Assembly: GCF_009914755.1 (NCBI RefSeq)
Contig: NC_060931.1
Origin: the human T2T-CHM13v2.0 reference genome, Homo sapiens
DNA: 64,000 nucleotides
Strand: one strand, 5' to 3'
Position numbers and translations under genes: made by a program. Within the stretch, counting starts at the first letter, position 1. The number at the start of each line of letters is the position of its first letter. Below the pieces are notes generated by a model, which did no database searches, was not told where the DNA came from, and saw only the letters and a list, made by a program, of their open reading frames with translations. Below, in pieces: positions 28,187 through 47,815 of the stretch.

Positions 28187-29222
28187 TGTTGAGAATTTCA
28201 ACATTTTACCACTCGACCATTTTCACTTAATGGGATGGAGTTACCACTCTTAAAATTCTTTTTCTCTATTCTTTTAAATTTGCATTGTGGTTTTCTTTAG
28301 TAGAAGGGGTGAGAAAAATACCACATTCCTTAGTTCTACTGACAAAGATGAACATGTGACTTGTAACATTAAAGCTAAATTTGTGTTTTAAAATAATTTT
28401 GCCTAAGACTTCACTAATTTCCATCTCCCAAGGAAAGTTCTAATGTAGCAGTGTACCCAAATGACAATAGTTTACTTCTTAATGAGGGCAATTAAAAGGC
28501 ACTTTCCCAGACTATTTCATTAACGACTCTTGATTTATTGGCCTGGGGAACTGCTCTTATTTTTGAGGCTTGACCCTGAGAGAGGTGAATGGGTGACTTG
28601 CTGCAAGCCCCGACCCCGTAGCTGAGGAAATCGTGTTTAATCTGCTCTTCATCTTCTGCCGTGTTGCAGACTGATCCTAATTGGCTATTTACTGCTGTCC
28701 ATGTGTTTGGTTCTCATTTTGTGTGACCTTGAGGCAGGGCACACTCCATTATGCACTGGATTGCAATTCTTAAATGGTATTTAATTGTACAAGAGCCGTA
28801 TCTGAGTCACAACAAACAACACATGAGTTGGCTGAATGAGCTTTGTAAGGGAGACGAAGGATGGGACCACCGAATCGATCTGGGTGAAGCTATTTTCATT
28901 GTGCTGAACAAGGAGCCTAATTGGCAACTTTGTTTCAGGAAGAGGAGGCATTGCCTGGGTGACTCACTGGATGATAACAAAAAGCCATTAAACATAGGCG
29001 TTCCTATCTTGCTCAGATTCTGCTGTTAAAATCTTATAGGAAAACAGCTTTTGAAGAATGATCATGAATAACTGTCTTTCATTAATCCCCTAAAGAGCAT
29101 ACTAGTCCTGATCATTAAAGAGCTAGAGCACTGCTTTCCACACAGACACACAGAAGACTGGAGAACATGAGGATAAAACAAGCCCTTACACATTCCAGGA
29201 CTGACCATGGGGCTGGCCTTAC

Positions 29223-29295
29223 CTTTTTCAGGTGCAGAGAGATTTGGGTCACTGCGTGGCAAGGCCCCGTCTCCAATATGATTAAACAGCATCCT
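29223..29295 (-). CDS. DOCK4: DOCK4 coding exon, 73 nt: RMLFNHIGDGALPRSDPNLSAPEK(A)
   Basis: ttgcag| acceptor, AAG|GTAAGG donor, phase 0-1. Confidence 0.95.
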
Positions 29296-29593
29296 CTGCA
29301 AAGTTACAAGGGTTGATTTTTATGATGTGATATACGGGCATGTGAAACCTTTCAGAAAATGAGACGATTATCTCCTCAGTAAAACTTTTTGTTCAAAATA
29401 ATTTTTGTGTGATATGATGAGCCTAGGAACAAATAATTTAATTATATTTAAGTAAAAGGGGGTGGGAAGAGCCTTAGGTTTTGAGAAAGAAAAGAGTGTT
29501 GGAAAAGTTTGTATTATATTTTAAATATAAATGGTAAATGTTCATAATAAAATGTAAAAAATAAATAGTAAATAGCAGTTGTGCTATGAAGTT

Positions 29594-29733
29594 CTTTTTT
29601 TTTCTTTTCTTTTTAGAGATGGAATCTCACTATATTGCCCAGGCTGGTCTTGAATGCCTGGGCTCAAGCAGTCCTTCCAACCTTGGCCAATCCCAAAGCG
29701 CTGGGATTACAGGCATGAGCCACCACACCTGGC
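29594..29733 (-). mobile_element. FLAM / Alu monomer
   Basis: Single antisense left arm with T tail. Confidence 0.85.
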
Positions 29734-30960
29734 CTGTGTGGAGTTCTTTGTAAATACAAATGCTACAGTGGTGATATAAAACAGAAATAAGAATTAAAGG
29801 AGAAATATTAGTTCAAAAAATCACTAGTGAGTGAAATTTAACCCCTGCATGTTAAAAATCATTTATTAGGTAAAAAATATATGAAATAATTGATAGTCTA
29901 CAATTTTTAACTTATAAAAATGCCAGTTTTACATGGTTTTACCTAATATATTAAATAGAAGGTACCAAGTCCTTAAAAGTAGATGTACTACGGCAGTGCA
30001 CACTATTGAAATTTAGCAACATATATACTGCTTCCAATTTTACTAAAACCAGAAAACTTGGGAGGCTAATCAGAGAAGGCTTTCAGAGTTGCCCATGCTG
30101 ACAAGAAGTTCTCCTGGAGCAGAACAAACTGAGAAATTCCCTTGCAGCATCATCAAGTGACAAAGGGAAATAGCTAGTCCAGCCAAATGCACTCAGATAT
30201 AATTTCTGCAAGACATCAGCGTTGTGCAGAGGCGGTACCCTGGGACTTTCGGGAGGATCACACAATCAGCAAAGACAAACCAATGAAGCCAAATCCCACT
30301 CTCTCTCATCCACTTCCGGATGTGGCTACAGACTTCTGCCAGGATGGTGTAGAAAAACAGAAATTAGCTGGAGTAGAAATAACTATTTTTCTCTGCTCCT
30401 AAACTATTCCCAAATCTTTAAAACTCAGGGCTACCCATGAATCTTCAACTTTGAAACCACCCTTCAAAGCTCTTGAAGTGCCCAAGGGCTGAGCCCAAGC
30501 CTCTGCTCTCAGAAAAACAGGGATCACTTCAAAACCAAGTTCAGGCAGGGGGTGAGGGCCAAGCTCCCTTACTCGCATGAGCAGTTGACAGGGAAAGGCT
30601 GAGGACTGAACCGCTCTTTTCTCATGCATTCAAGAATGGCAAAGGCAAACAAATTGCTCCTATACTCATGGGTACCCAGATAGGAATCGATTGCAGCTCT
30701 TTTAAATAGGTCTAGGCAAAGGCAAAGACTGCTGGGCAGGAGAATGCTTCTCTTCAAGGGTATTTTCCTAGTTTAAGAGGTTCCCCCAGACTTCTGTTAC
30801 ATACACAGGGCATGCAAACACAGGCACTTTATTCACCCAACTACTTTGCATAATGTTTAAGAAGCAGCAATGAAATAGATCAAGGAGGGTAAACTTCCCA
30901 TTTCCCTTTTAGCATCACTGCCAAGCAACTACCATGTGTCCCTATCAGAAATATGGCTCA

Positions 30961-31264
<304 letters not shown>

Positions 31265-31439
31265 TCAGGCAGAAATTTCTAACCATGGGCAGAAAACAGA
31301 GGTGCAATCTTCACCAGCTGGATTGGTCTGACACTGCCCAGCTGCTTGCTTTTGGCAGCTACCGCGTGTTTCTGCAGAGATAGGTAAGCAATTCCAGAAT
31401 TGTCCTTGTTTTCTAGTTTCTCTACCCTACAAGGAGTAC

Positions 31440-31549
31440 CTGCGAAGGCTCCACAGGTGTTGGATAGATGGCACTGCATGGTCTCTCTCTTGGTGACAGG
31501 CAAGAGTTTTCTCGGGAATGTTTGTGTTTGTCAGACAACAAAGGAGAAG
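31440..31549 (-). CDS. DOCK4: DOCK4 coding exon, 110 nt: (A)SPLLSDKHKHSRENSCLSPRERPCSAIYPTPVEPSQ
   Basis: Long pyrimidine tract plus tcccag| acceptor, CAG|GTACTC donor, phase 1-0. Confidence 0.95.
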
Positions 31550-31701
31550 CTGGGAAGAGAAGGAGAGAGAGGATCATCAGCATGGTAGTGGTGCTGCACC
31601 TGTTTGGAGGCGAGAGCCTGAACGTGTGGCAGCTGGCCACAGTTCCCAGGACTAGAAGGTTCTCTGGGCACCCTCAGTCTTCCCCACACTCTGGCACTGA
31701 C

Positions 31702-31783
31702 CTCTGGCACTCGATGGAGCAGAACTTGTCACATTAGGTGAAGCCGAGTGAGTAGAACTCAAGCTTGAGGTAGATGGACTTGG
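31702..31783 (-). CDS. DOCK4: DOCK4 coding exon, 82 nt: PSPSTSSLSSTHSASPNVTSSAPSSAR(A)
   Basis: ttccag| acceptor, GAG|GTCAGT donor, phase 0-1. Confidence 0.95.
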
Positions 31784-32331
31784 CTGGAAACACACAGGGA
31801 GCTATTATCATACCCTGATTAAAGGCTTCCCACGACACTGACGTATTTGAAACAAAATCATCAACTTTTTTTCAAATTAGCAAAAAAAAGTCCGTTTAAC
31901 AATATAGAAAATCTTAATAACTTAGATTGACAAAGAAGTCTGCATGAATTAATGAGAAGTCTGAGATTTTGACTCCTGCCAAAGGAATGCCTTCGTGTTA
32001 GATTCAGCTATACACTGTGACTTCGTACCAGTTAGCAGTGCATTCCTTCATTGAGGTATAAGTAGAATGACTTCCAGCCTAGGGCCCAAAAACAGGCGAG
32101 TGCGTCTAAAAGGCATAAAATATGCCTTCTTGTTATCTGTACAAGTATGTTCAAAGTATGAATTTGGAAATAAGTGTTATGTCTCCTTTCCAAAGATAGT
32201 GGTGAGGAAAATTTCAGCTTAGTCTTACTGAACTATCATAAATGCCATATTAGTAGTGTTTAAATAAAATGTTTGCTTGCAGGAGTTATACTGGCTCTAA
32301 AATCCCTAAAAACTACATTTTTCTTGTATAA

Positions 32332-32706
<375 letters not shown>

Positions 32707-32756
32707 AAATCATGTCTTCTTAAAGAAAAAAAAAGCCATTTTGGAATGCTAAGAGG

Positions 32757-33080
<324 letters not shown>

Positions 33081-33396
33081 CTAGTGAGTGGCAACACACT
33101 CTGAGAGTCCTGGACTGCAGAAGGAACTTGGGGCAGGTCTCAGAGCTGAACCTTGTGCAGCGTGCCTAGGCTTTTCCATCGCTTGCTGATGTCGTCTTAA
33201 AGCGATGGGGCAGTTTTAAGAGAAACGTCTTTGTAGACTCTAGAGACCCATAAAGCAAGAAGAGTGTTTAAAGGTTTGTCCTTAAGCCAAGTTCTTGCTT
33301 GTTGGTCTGTTCATCAGCACAGCAGAATGAACAGAAACACTCATGATTGAGACAGAAAAGGAATAAACACAACCAGACAAAAAGCTAATTAAGTAC

Positions 33397-33517
33397 CTGC
33401 ATGTTAAAGACTTCATCAGAGCTTTCTGATTGCCCTGTAATATTGCTTACTTCAGCAGAAGCTTGTGAGGACAGTGAGGAGGAAGAATATCGGTTGACAG
33501 CTGGGTAACTTAACGGG
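33397..33517 (-). CDS. DOCK4: DOCK4 coding exon, 121 nt: (S)PLSYPAVNRYSSSSLSSQASAEVSNITGQSESSDEVFNMQ
   Basis: aaacag| acceptor, CAG|GTACTT donor, phase 2-0. Confidence 0.95.
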
Positions 33518-33842
33518 CTGTTTCAGGGGGAAAAAAAAGGTCATTAACTCAGTCTCCAAATTGTACTTTATCATGTGCTAGAATGCTATGAAACCAAAGG
33601 GGGGAAAATACATTCCGTTTTGTTTTCTCCTGTTTGCCTCAATATAATCAAATGTTTGAGTTTATTTATTTCTCATGCTGTTGCTGTTTTACTGGTGGCA
33701 GAGGTCTGCAGCTGCCTCGCGGGTTAGTTATTTCATTAAGAAATAGCGTATTTGACAAATTGTGCCATAAAGAATGAGAGAACCATTCCAGATCAGCTTG
33801 CGGGTGAGGCCAAATTGTAAGATAATTTGGAATATGACTTAC

Positions 33843-33964
33843 CTGCGTCTAGGAATTACCCTGGTACCATCTGGGCTCACAGAAGCAGGTGCTGAGTTTC
33901 TACACACACGAGGGCTTCCATTAGGAAAATGGACAGGACTGGCTTGCATACAAGCAGAGAACTC
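33843..33964 (-). CDS. DOCK4: DOCK4 coding exon, 122 nt: EFSACMQASPVHFPNGSPRVCRNSAPASVSPDGTRVIPRR(S)
   Basis: ctttag| acceptor, CAG|GTAAGT donor, phase 0-2. Confidence 0.95.
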
Positions 33965-34315
33965 CTAAAGATGTAGTAAAGGAAATATCTCATTACAGTA
34001 ATGATTTGGGCAAAATAACTTATGAGACAGGTTAGCATACTAGGCACACATCCTAATTGCCATCAAGTCTTCACATAGGGAGCTATTAAAGCAAGTTCCA
34101 GTATTATTTGGCTTTCCCTCACTTACATTTGTGTTTTCCCAAAAGGAAAGCCTCGCAAATAGCAGACAAGGCAATTGTATTTGAGGGCTCCCTGGTAAAA
34201 CAGTGCAGTTTGGTAGAAAAACCACAAGATGTCACTATTGGATACATCATCATCCCTTTAACAAGCAAACGGCAGTGATCAGGCTGCCCCGCCATGGACA
34301 CCTAAGTATACATAC

Positions 34316-34435
34316 CTGTATCCCTAAGCTCGACTTCATCACAAAGAATTGGTCAACCAGCTTTTTGTGAAGGGGTCTCATATCTTGAGGTACAAACTTC
34401 TCATGCACGGCCAAACCAAATTCCAGAATCTGTGC
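34316..34435 (-). CDS. DOCK4: DOCK4 coding exon, 120 nt: AQILEFGLAVHEKFVPQDMRPLHKKLVDQFFVMKSSLGIQ (end of DHR2)
   Basis: attaag| acceptor, CAG|GTATGT donor. Confidence 0.95.
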
Positions 34436-35013
34436 CTTAATTCACAACATAAGGAAAAAACCTCACATCAATGACTACCTCTCACTAAGTGCCTGCTATG
34501 GGCCGAGCACTTTACTACGCATTTCGCTTGCATTATTGCTAATCCTCTGCCTCTGACAAGGTAGGAACAGTTGTCACTTTACAGGTGAAGAAAAACTGAG
34601 GATCTGAAAAATCCTGCATGGATAAAAGACAAATGGGGATTAGAACTTGGTTCTGATTTCAGACTTAATTTTCCTACTCCCCCAGGCTTCTTTCCCATGT
34701 ATTTTAGATCTATAATTATAATGCCTCGTAACAGTTATGTGTCCTTTTGGCCCCTTCCTTCTCTCCCCAGGGTGGAGAAGGAATAGGGGCATGTGCTGCT
34801 CACTGTTAAGAGGGCCGGCAATTCTCCCTTAAAGATCTCTTCTTTGCATGGCACCCTCTCCCCCACATTTCCCTCTCCCACTAGGTTCCTCTGTGCTCAT
34901 CCATCCCTCCCACAGACTTTCAGAATCTGCCAGGGAGGATGGAAAAAACAAAACAAAAAGGAATTCTATGACAGTTTCCATGCTTCTTGTTTTTGTTTAA
35001 AAAGATTATTCCT

Positions 35014-35337
<324 letters not shown>

Positions 35338-35923
35338 TTATTCATATTCACTTATAATTCAACGAGAGAGCAGGTCCTACTTAAAAAACTTTCCTGCAGT
35401 GAGGATCCGAAGAGATGAAGGTAAACATTCAACCTTCCTTTGTGCAACCATCAACAGTGTGTGATTCCTTTGATTCGAGCAGCAGCTGTCTTTTGTATTT
35501 TAAAAATGCCCCCCATGCTAACATGGTCAAAAGGACAAATTCCATAGACTGGGAGGAAAACGAATCCTATATCACCACAAGGTTTTGTTGTTATTGTTGC
35601 TATTTTTAATCTTTGCAGCTCGTGAAGATTTTAGGTTGAAAGCTCAGGTCAAACAGGACTGACCCTGGCGGGTTGGGGCATCCAGCACCTTCCCTAAGGG
35701 ACGGGGCTCTGGATGCTGCCCACTGCCAGCATATTTGCATAACAAATATCAAGGATGCCTTTGAAAGGCACACTTGGAGTGCAGTGTGTATGAGGCATAA
35801 AGGGAGAGGCTACATCTGTGATGAGGACATGGAAGGGATGTAGGAGGTGGATCTAAACGCAGAGGCCCCCAGTCTTCTCCATTTTAAACACTAGCGTTGG
35901 GTGACTTCCCTTTTGTTCACAGA

Positions 35924-36620
35924 ATGTTGCAAGTTGGGTTCTCTGGGAAGTAGACTCCAGCATGGATTTCATAATGTTTATCAGGGTGTACCTTGGGATT
36001 GATGCCTGTCAGGGGGAGGGACAGAAGCCGGACTTGACAAGAAAAGAAGTTGAGCTGCACAGCAGTCCTGTCAGCTACTGCCAAACCCAAGGGACCTCTG
36101 GAATGTTCTTAAAAATTTATCTGTATTTTAATCTTTTTAGAGACAGAGTCTCACTCTGCTGCCCAGGAAGGAATGCAGTGGTGTGATCATAGCTCACTGC
36201 AACCTCGAACTCCTGGGCTAAGGTGATCCTCCCACCTCAGCCTCCCAAGTAGCTGGGCCTACAGGCATGCACCACCACACCCAGCTAGTTTTTAGGTTTT
36301 TGTAGAGATGGGGTCTTGCTATGTTGCCCAGGCTAGTCTTGAACTCCTGGTGTCAGATGATCCTCCTACCTCAACCTCTGGACCTTTAATGGTCTGTCAG
36401 AGTTGTCCTGTGTTGGTCCCAAATGGCCAGGCTTTCTATTGCTTCCTCAGTATGGGATGTGCACCACTGAGAAGGTAGCAACCTTGGGCCAAGTGGCTCT
36501 CTGCAGTGGAGGCAATCCCTGAAGGGCCTGACAGCTGGAGATGTCTGTTGAGAGCCACATTTCCTGCAGCTGAGGTAGAGTAAGTCTGTCCTGGAAGGAG
36601 CACTGGGGTGGTGCATGTCT
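35924..36620. mobile_element. ERVL-type LTR remnant (LTR16/LTR33-like) interrupted by an antisense AluJ (~36125-36378)
   Basis: gggttctctgggaagtagactc...gaagttgagctg motifs; the Alu body is clear, the LTR family is from recall. Confidence 0.55.
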
Positions 36621-37702
36621 CTGTCCTCTAGAGAGTTTATCTGAACTACTTTGCAGAGGTCCAGAGAAGGATGGTGCCCTCTCCAGTCCACCTCCCCACA
36701 GAGATGATGAGACTTGGCCAAGGGCACATTGACAGTCACGTGCACTGCTTGTCTTATAACAGAGATCTCACATTTTCTAGGCCATGGCTCTTTCCACAAG
36801 GTTTCAGGAACATAAGCAGGACGTAGAAGAAATAAAGGTTCCCTGGTTTTATTTTTCTTGGCAGTCTTCTTGACCCTGAGCTACCATTTAATTCTGGGGA
36901 AATAATTCAGTCAGGCTGAATCCAGCAGATACAGTCCTGGGGTGGAGTGAACCATTCATAAGAGGTAAAACACAGATCTTTAAAAATCAATGAAGGTTAA
37001 AGTCATTGCATAATCCTAAGTAATGGATGACCTCAACTGCTCACTTCTAGTATCTACAAACACCCAGAGTCACATTGAGAACTTGACTTATTCTTTATTT
37101 CCTTACAGATCAGCTTCAAGTAATTCTTCTCTCTCTTCTGTGGCCACCTCTCTCCCTGTAGTATTAGGTTTTGTGGACTAAGCCTACAGAGCATAAAAGA
37201 TGGATGAAAACCAGACACGACCTCATTTTCTAATCCAAAGAGCATGCTTTACTTATTAATTTGGCATTATTGGGTAGAAAGAAATGCCTTTGTCATGTTT
37301 CATCACACATATTCCACTTTTCACAGGAATCAAATGTCTTTATTTCCTGTTTAACACAGGCTTCCAACCATGTCTCCTACCTCAGAGGTTTTCAAACCAT
37401 TTCAGGCTATCAATAGGGACACAGTAGGCAACAGATTACTCATTCCAGTTCTTTGTACTTGATGGTTCCAAATAAATAAACCACGCTTCTCTGGGGGTAG
37501 AAAATGATGAGTTGTATGTAGTTTTGTCCATATCATGTAACCTATAGGTTTACTTTGCAAAATATGACACTGCTTTAAAGCAAGATCTACTGATTGCCCA
37601 CTTCCTTATTACAATGCTTAAGTAAAAATTTCATTCATGCCTCATATTTGGAGTTGGCCTGAACTTTTCTGAGCACAGAATTTTGAGTGAAAAGTTGGCA
37701 TC

Positions 37703-38039
<337 letters not shown>

Positions 38040-38096
38040 CTAGGAAGAGAACATTCAAAGAATGTTTTAAGAGACCACATGAAGTTGTTTGTTTCA

Positions 38097-38416
38097 CAGG
38101 TTGAACATCCCTAATACAAAAACTGAAAATCAGAAATCCTCCAAAATTTGAAGCCTTTTGAATGCCAACATCCCACAAGTGGAAAATTCCACACCCAACC
38201 TCACGTGATGGGTTGCAGTCGAAACTTCATGCACAAAATTATTAAAATATTATATAAAATGACCTTCAGGCTATGTGTATAAGATATATATGAAATAATA
38301 AATTTTGTTATTTGACTTGGGTCCCTCCCCCAAGATATCTCTTATGTATATGCAAATATTTCAAAATCTGAAACACTTATGGTCCCAAGTATTTTGGATA
38401 AAGGATACTCAACCTG
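38097..38416 (+). mobile_element. Tigger4-like (Zombi) TcMar MITE
   Basis: TIRs caggttgaacatcc / ggatactcaacctg, followed by TA. Confidence 0.85.
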
Positions 38417-38636
38417 TAACTGGCTGCCATAGTCTACTCATTGTTAAATTAATTTTTGCATCGGAGTGGGAAGAAGAAGTAGAAATTAGCAAGCTGGGAT
38501 ATATTACAGGAATCTGTCACCCTTGCTTGCCAGCTTCTGTTAGACCACTGATGCAGGAAACCATGCAGAGGGGGCTCTAGGTAAGCAAGCACATATCCAG
38601 GCAAAATAGAAGGGGGTTGGCTTCTGCTTCCCTTAC

Positions 38637-38720
38637 CTGCTCAAGCATCAGCTCTCTTAATCGTGCAATTTTCTCCCCATCTTCAGGGTGACTTAAGATA
38701 TATTCTTTGACAAAGAATGC
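38637..38720 (-). CDS. DOCK4: DOCK4 coding exon, 84 nt: AFFVKEYILSHPEDGEKIARLRELMLEQ
   Basis: tactag| acceptor, CAG|GTAAGG donor. Confidence 0.96.
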
Positions 38721-39116
38721 CTAGTAAGGGAAAGGAGAATCAGTCTACTTTAGTGGAGTACAAGGCAAGTCAAAGACAAGTTGTTTTTAAAGACCTGGCA
38801 TCTTTATGGAAATGACACCATTACAAACCACATTTTGGGACAGATGGGCTGATTACTAGTGTAGGTGGTTGGTCAGAATGGGAACATAAGGAAAGAATTG
38901 TTAAAGGAAGATCAGTGATTGTACAATAAGTACCCTTGCTAAAATAAAGAACAAGCCCAAATCAGTAAGCTATATGGCTTGTATCCTAAAACAAACTGCC
39001 TTAAGATTCAGTGTGACCTAGATGGTGGCCTTACCTTCCAGGGTATTATATCTTTCTGTTTAAGAGAGCAGATGAAAGGTCCACTTAAAGTATCATCTAA
39101 GCAAGATCGGTCTTAT

Positions 39117-39117
<1 letters not shown>

Positions 39118-39147
<30 letters not shown>

Positions 39148-39229
39148 GAGATAAGATCTTCCTATGTTGCTCAAGCTGGTCTCAAACCAAAGTGCTGGGA
39201 TTACAGGTGTGAGCCACTGAGCCCAGCCC
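39118..39229 (-). mobile_element. Internally deleted Alu monomer fragment
   Basis: T tail, gctggtctcaaa joined to ccaaagtgctgggattacagg. Confidence 0.8.
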
Positions 39230-39566
39230 AGATCAGACTTTTCTATGCCCATGAACTTCTTTGCTTAGAGAAATTATTTTAGACGGATATTTATTAAACA
39301 GTCCTAATGTCCTTTCTACTTTTATTCATGCAAGAATGAACACACACACACACATTTTTATTATCCAAATATAACATGTTGGGAAAATGGAGTTACTGGG
39401 CAATTACAAATGACTGTATGTTTGCTCTATTTAACAAAGGACTCTGTGTCAATCGCAGCCCTATGTTTGCGTGCTGATATGGGTACATAGTCTGAAAAAA
39501 GATTCATGAAACCCTAAGAAGTCACAATTGAAAACTTTCTCTGAAACAACAATACCTAATCCTTAC

Positions 39567-39743
39567 CTCTTGATACCTGGAAACGCCACCATTAACTGCA
39601 GCATCTATAACTCCATTCAGGCACATAGTCAGGGGATTAATATTCTGCATCTGTCTTGTCTGACACTGACTAATCAGAGTCTTCAGCTGCTGATTCTTAT
39701 TTTCTAGCACTTCAATTGCATTTTCCAGAGGACTCATTTCTAC
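39567..39743 (-). CDS. DOCK4: DOCK4 coding exon, 177 nt: VEMSPLENAIEVLENKNQQLKTLISQCQTRQMQNINPLTMCLNGVIDAAVNGGVSRYQE
   Basis: tctcag| acceptor, GAG|GTAAGG donor; contains the DHR2 nucleotide-sensor motif AVNGG. Confidence 0.97.
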
Positions 39744-40559
39744 CTGAGAAGCAAATGAACATAAATATATATTGAATTTGTGACATTCAAGAAGAAAGAC
39801 AAAGTAGTTTATCCATGTTCTGAATTATCTGTGCTCCCCCTTGGCTTCCATCAATATCTCTACCAGGGGCCATTCCGTAGAATAGACAAGGATGTGGAAG
39901 TCAAGTGGGATGTTCATTAGCAAGGTTTGGAAAGGGCAGGTAATTATACTTATTCATTGAAATGTGGTTTGGATAATCATCAATTCTACATTAGCACTGC
40001 AACAACCAATTTAATCCTTAAAATAATATCCAAGCATCTCATGTCTTTTAAAACTAGTTTTTTTTTCTTTTGAAGGGTTAAATATTCAGAGACCCTGAAT
40101 ATTATCCCCTTTCTCATGCTTATTTGATACAAAGCACCATGGGAGATATAAAGATGCATTTATGGATCCTCTGATGTCAAGGAGCTTTCAGCCCAGTTGG
40201 GAAGATGGGACATATGCCACATGAACCTCATATGTATATATAACAGCACCATAAGGTGGCACAGGATGGCACACAGTTGGGAATTATAGAAAACAAGATA
40301 ATATATACTGCAGGATCTATTTGTTGGAGAGCCAAATAGAATCATAATGACTTAAAAATTCCAGGCTGTATGGAGGACCTAATTGTGAAAATGATAAAAG
40401 TGCTCTTCAAATGTATGTCATTGGGACTGCTATTGCCTTGAAGAGAAGGTCTGCCAAGCTCTCAGCAATCAAGTAATTCAGGACTACAATTAGCATATTT
40501 AAATATTGGTTCATTCAGGCAAGGAAACAAATTAGAGTTTTTAAAGGTCACTTGGATCA

Positions 40560-44590
<4,031 letters not shown>

Positions 44591-44661
44591 AAAGGTCACT
44601 GGCTGCCATGTACAGAGGAGACTACAGGGATAAGGGGGAAAGCAAACCTTTTAGGAGGCTA

Positions 44662-44690
44662 CTGCAGTAATCAGGCACTAGGTGGCGCTA
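44662..44690 (+). promoter_or_regulatory. CTCF-like motif with upstream module: CTGCAGT-aat-CAGGCACTAGGTGGCGCTA
   Basis: Core match, a TGCAG upstream module, and locally retained CpGs. Confidence 0.6.
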
Positions 44691-44841
44691 TCGGTGGGGG
44701 CGCTGAGGAGTGGTTAGATTCTGGGTATACAGTATTTAGAAAGAGGCACATTGTTTTCTGATGGGCAGGATGTGGTATGAAAATATTCTCGTAATCTTTA
44801 GTTGGATTTTTAAAAAATCATTTATGGATTCTAAACTATAA

Positions 44842-45181
<340 letters not shown>

Positions 45182-45334
45182 TGAAATGAGCTAATTTTTT
45201 AATCAGGACAAAAACACTTTTTTTGGGTTTTGAAAATAATAAACTACAGAGGAAACAATAGTTCAAAGGCATTGATATCTTAACAAAAGTTGATAAGCTA
45301 TTGGGGGGGGGGGGGGTCTGTGATTTAGAAAATA

Positions 45335-45965
<631 letters not shown>

Positions 45966-47815
45966 TTCAACGTGATGTATTTGTATTGAGCACCTACTAC
46001 CTGTCCCTGTTCTTGAAGACCTTCTACACTAGGAGTTAAACCAGGAAACCAATAGCTTTAATCGACAGTGAGGACATTCTAGGCAGCAAGAACAAGAGAA
46101 AAACACAAAAGCTGTTAAGAGTGGGCTGTGTTCAGGGAACAAAACAGCTGAATTTGATTTGTTCCATTTGACAGAACATAAGATTACATATTCTAATAAA
46201 GTAGGCAGCTGATGTTTGAAAGGTTGTGTTTAGTAATGCTCCTTTTATCATTATCAGCATGCTATTTTTTATTAGCATTGTATGTGTATATGACATTTCC
46301 AAGGGCTAGGACCATTGATGAGACTTCACAGGATTTAATGCTCTGGGTAGTAAGTAGCTAAAGGCTCTCTGAATCATTAATGCAGCATGGATGACTAAAA
46401 ACACTTCTACAAGTTGGACCCATGCCATTCAGCGGGAAGCATAATAAGACTTTTTGAGCACTGCGTTTAGCAGTCTCCCCACTTCCATGGAAGGTACCAG
46501 GGCACAACATGTAAGCAGCCAGCTTTTGGGGACTCTGGACCTCAGACTGGACAAGAATACAACTGCACTGATGTAATCTGCTGAATAGAGTTCAATTTTA
46601 ACTTTTAAATCCTTAGCTTAATTGAACATGATAGGCCGAGAGTAGTTTCAATGCTGAGACATTTCAGGTAAGACAAACAATTCTTGAAAAACAATTTGGT
46701 CAGGAGCTGTTCTTTCTTCTGGATTGACAGAATAGGCTTGTGACCTAAATAAGGTATGAATTACATTATATTTGCACAATTGGCACACTTCCTATCAGAG
46801 AACTATGGCAATGAAAGGGTGAGACCCAGGCTCAAAAACAAACACATTATTATTTCTGCAGTGAAACAAATGAACATTCACACTAAGTGAAATAAAGTTA
46901 ATAAATGGCTATAATGGATGTAGCAAGGGAGGCTGTGAGACTGCAGGGCTATGGCTGACATCGAGGTGCTGTCGCTGGAAGAACAGCACAGACAGCTGGG
47001 TGGGGTCCCACCCTGGATGTGGCTGCCTTCAGCTGCTGCTCTCCCTGCTGTCCACAACTGGGGCCTGGAGCTGGGGTCACATTTTACAACCGGAGGGTTC
47101 TTGGGAGCTGTGGTTACCAGGTTCTACAGTGGCACCCACTGATCTACAGTGGGTGCTCCACCCAGGACTGCTCAGTGAGACTAATACGCTGCCATCCTTT
47201 CTACTGGGAACTGTAACAACACGGACTTACTGTGCATCGGGCACTGTGCAGAGACTTGACATTAGCCTCCTTCAGCCTGTAAGAAACCTACTGCTAGAAG
47301 AGAGTAATATAATTGGCTTTGGAATCAGAAATATCTGGGTTGGAGTCTCTCTTCAACATCTTGCTATGTGATCTTTGGCAAAGGCTTTTGACCTCTTGTC
47401 AAAAATTGCAAAAACAGGAATAAGAATATATACCTCATAGCTTTGATATGATGATTAAATAAGATAAAGCAGGTAGTATTAGCACTGGTATGATACACTA
47501 AGCACTGAAGGTCACACAGCTATAGTAATTAGGAGAGCTGGAATTCCAAGTCTTCTAACTCAAGGGCCTGAATAGTTTTTTTACATGTAGCAAATTGAGT
47601 TGTTTTCAAGGAATCCCTCCATCTGGACACATTAGGATAATATTAATATTCACCTTCTCAGCCTTGGTAATAGCGGTCAAGACCATAAACATTCACTATT
47701 TTACTATGAGTGCTTCCAGAGAATCTGGGTCGAAGGAGAAGTAATGAATATACGGCACAACTCCAAGTGAACAACTGTGATGAGAAAGTGCTTGAGAACA
47801 AGCTCTGATCCTTAC

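Noticed and set aside
28935-28966. Acceptor-like tttttgttatcatccag giving VSHPGNASSS*
   Set aside because: No convincing downstream donor or poly(A) signal identified; the overlap with an AP-1 motif is a simpler explanation
31550-31651. In-frame 102-nt 5' extension of the 110-nt exon via cttctag at 31652-31653
   Set aside because: It would leave only a 50-nt intron, below the practical minimum; retention of the full 152-nt intron frameshifts
45303-45316. G14 homopolymer
   Set aside because: Simple mononucleotide run between repeats; no further structure
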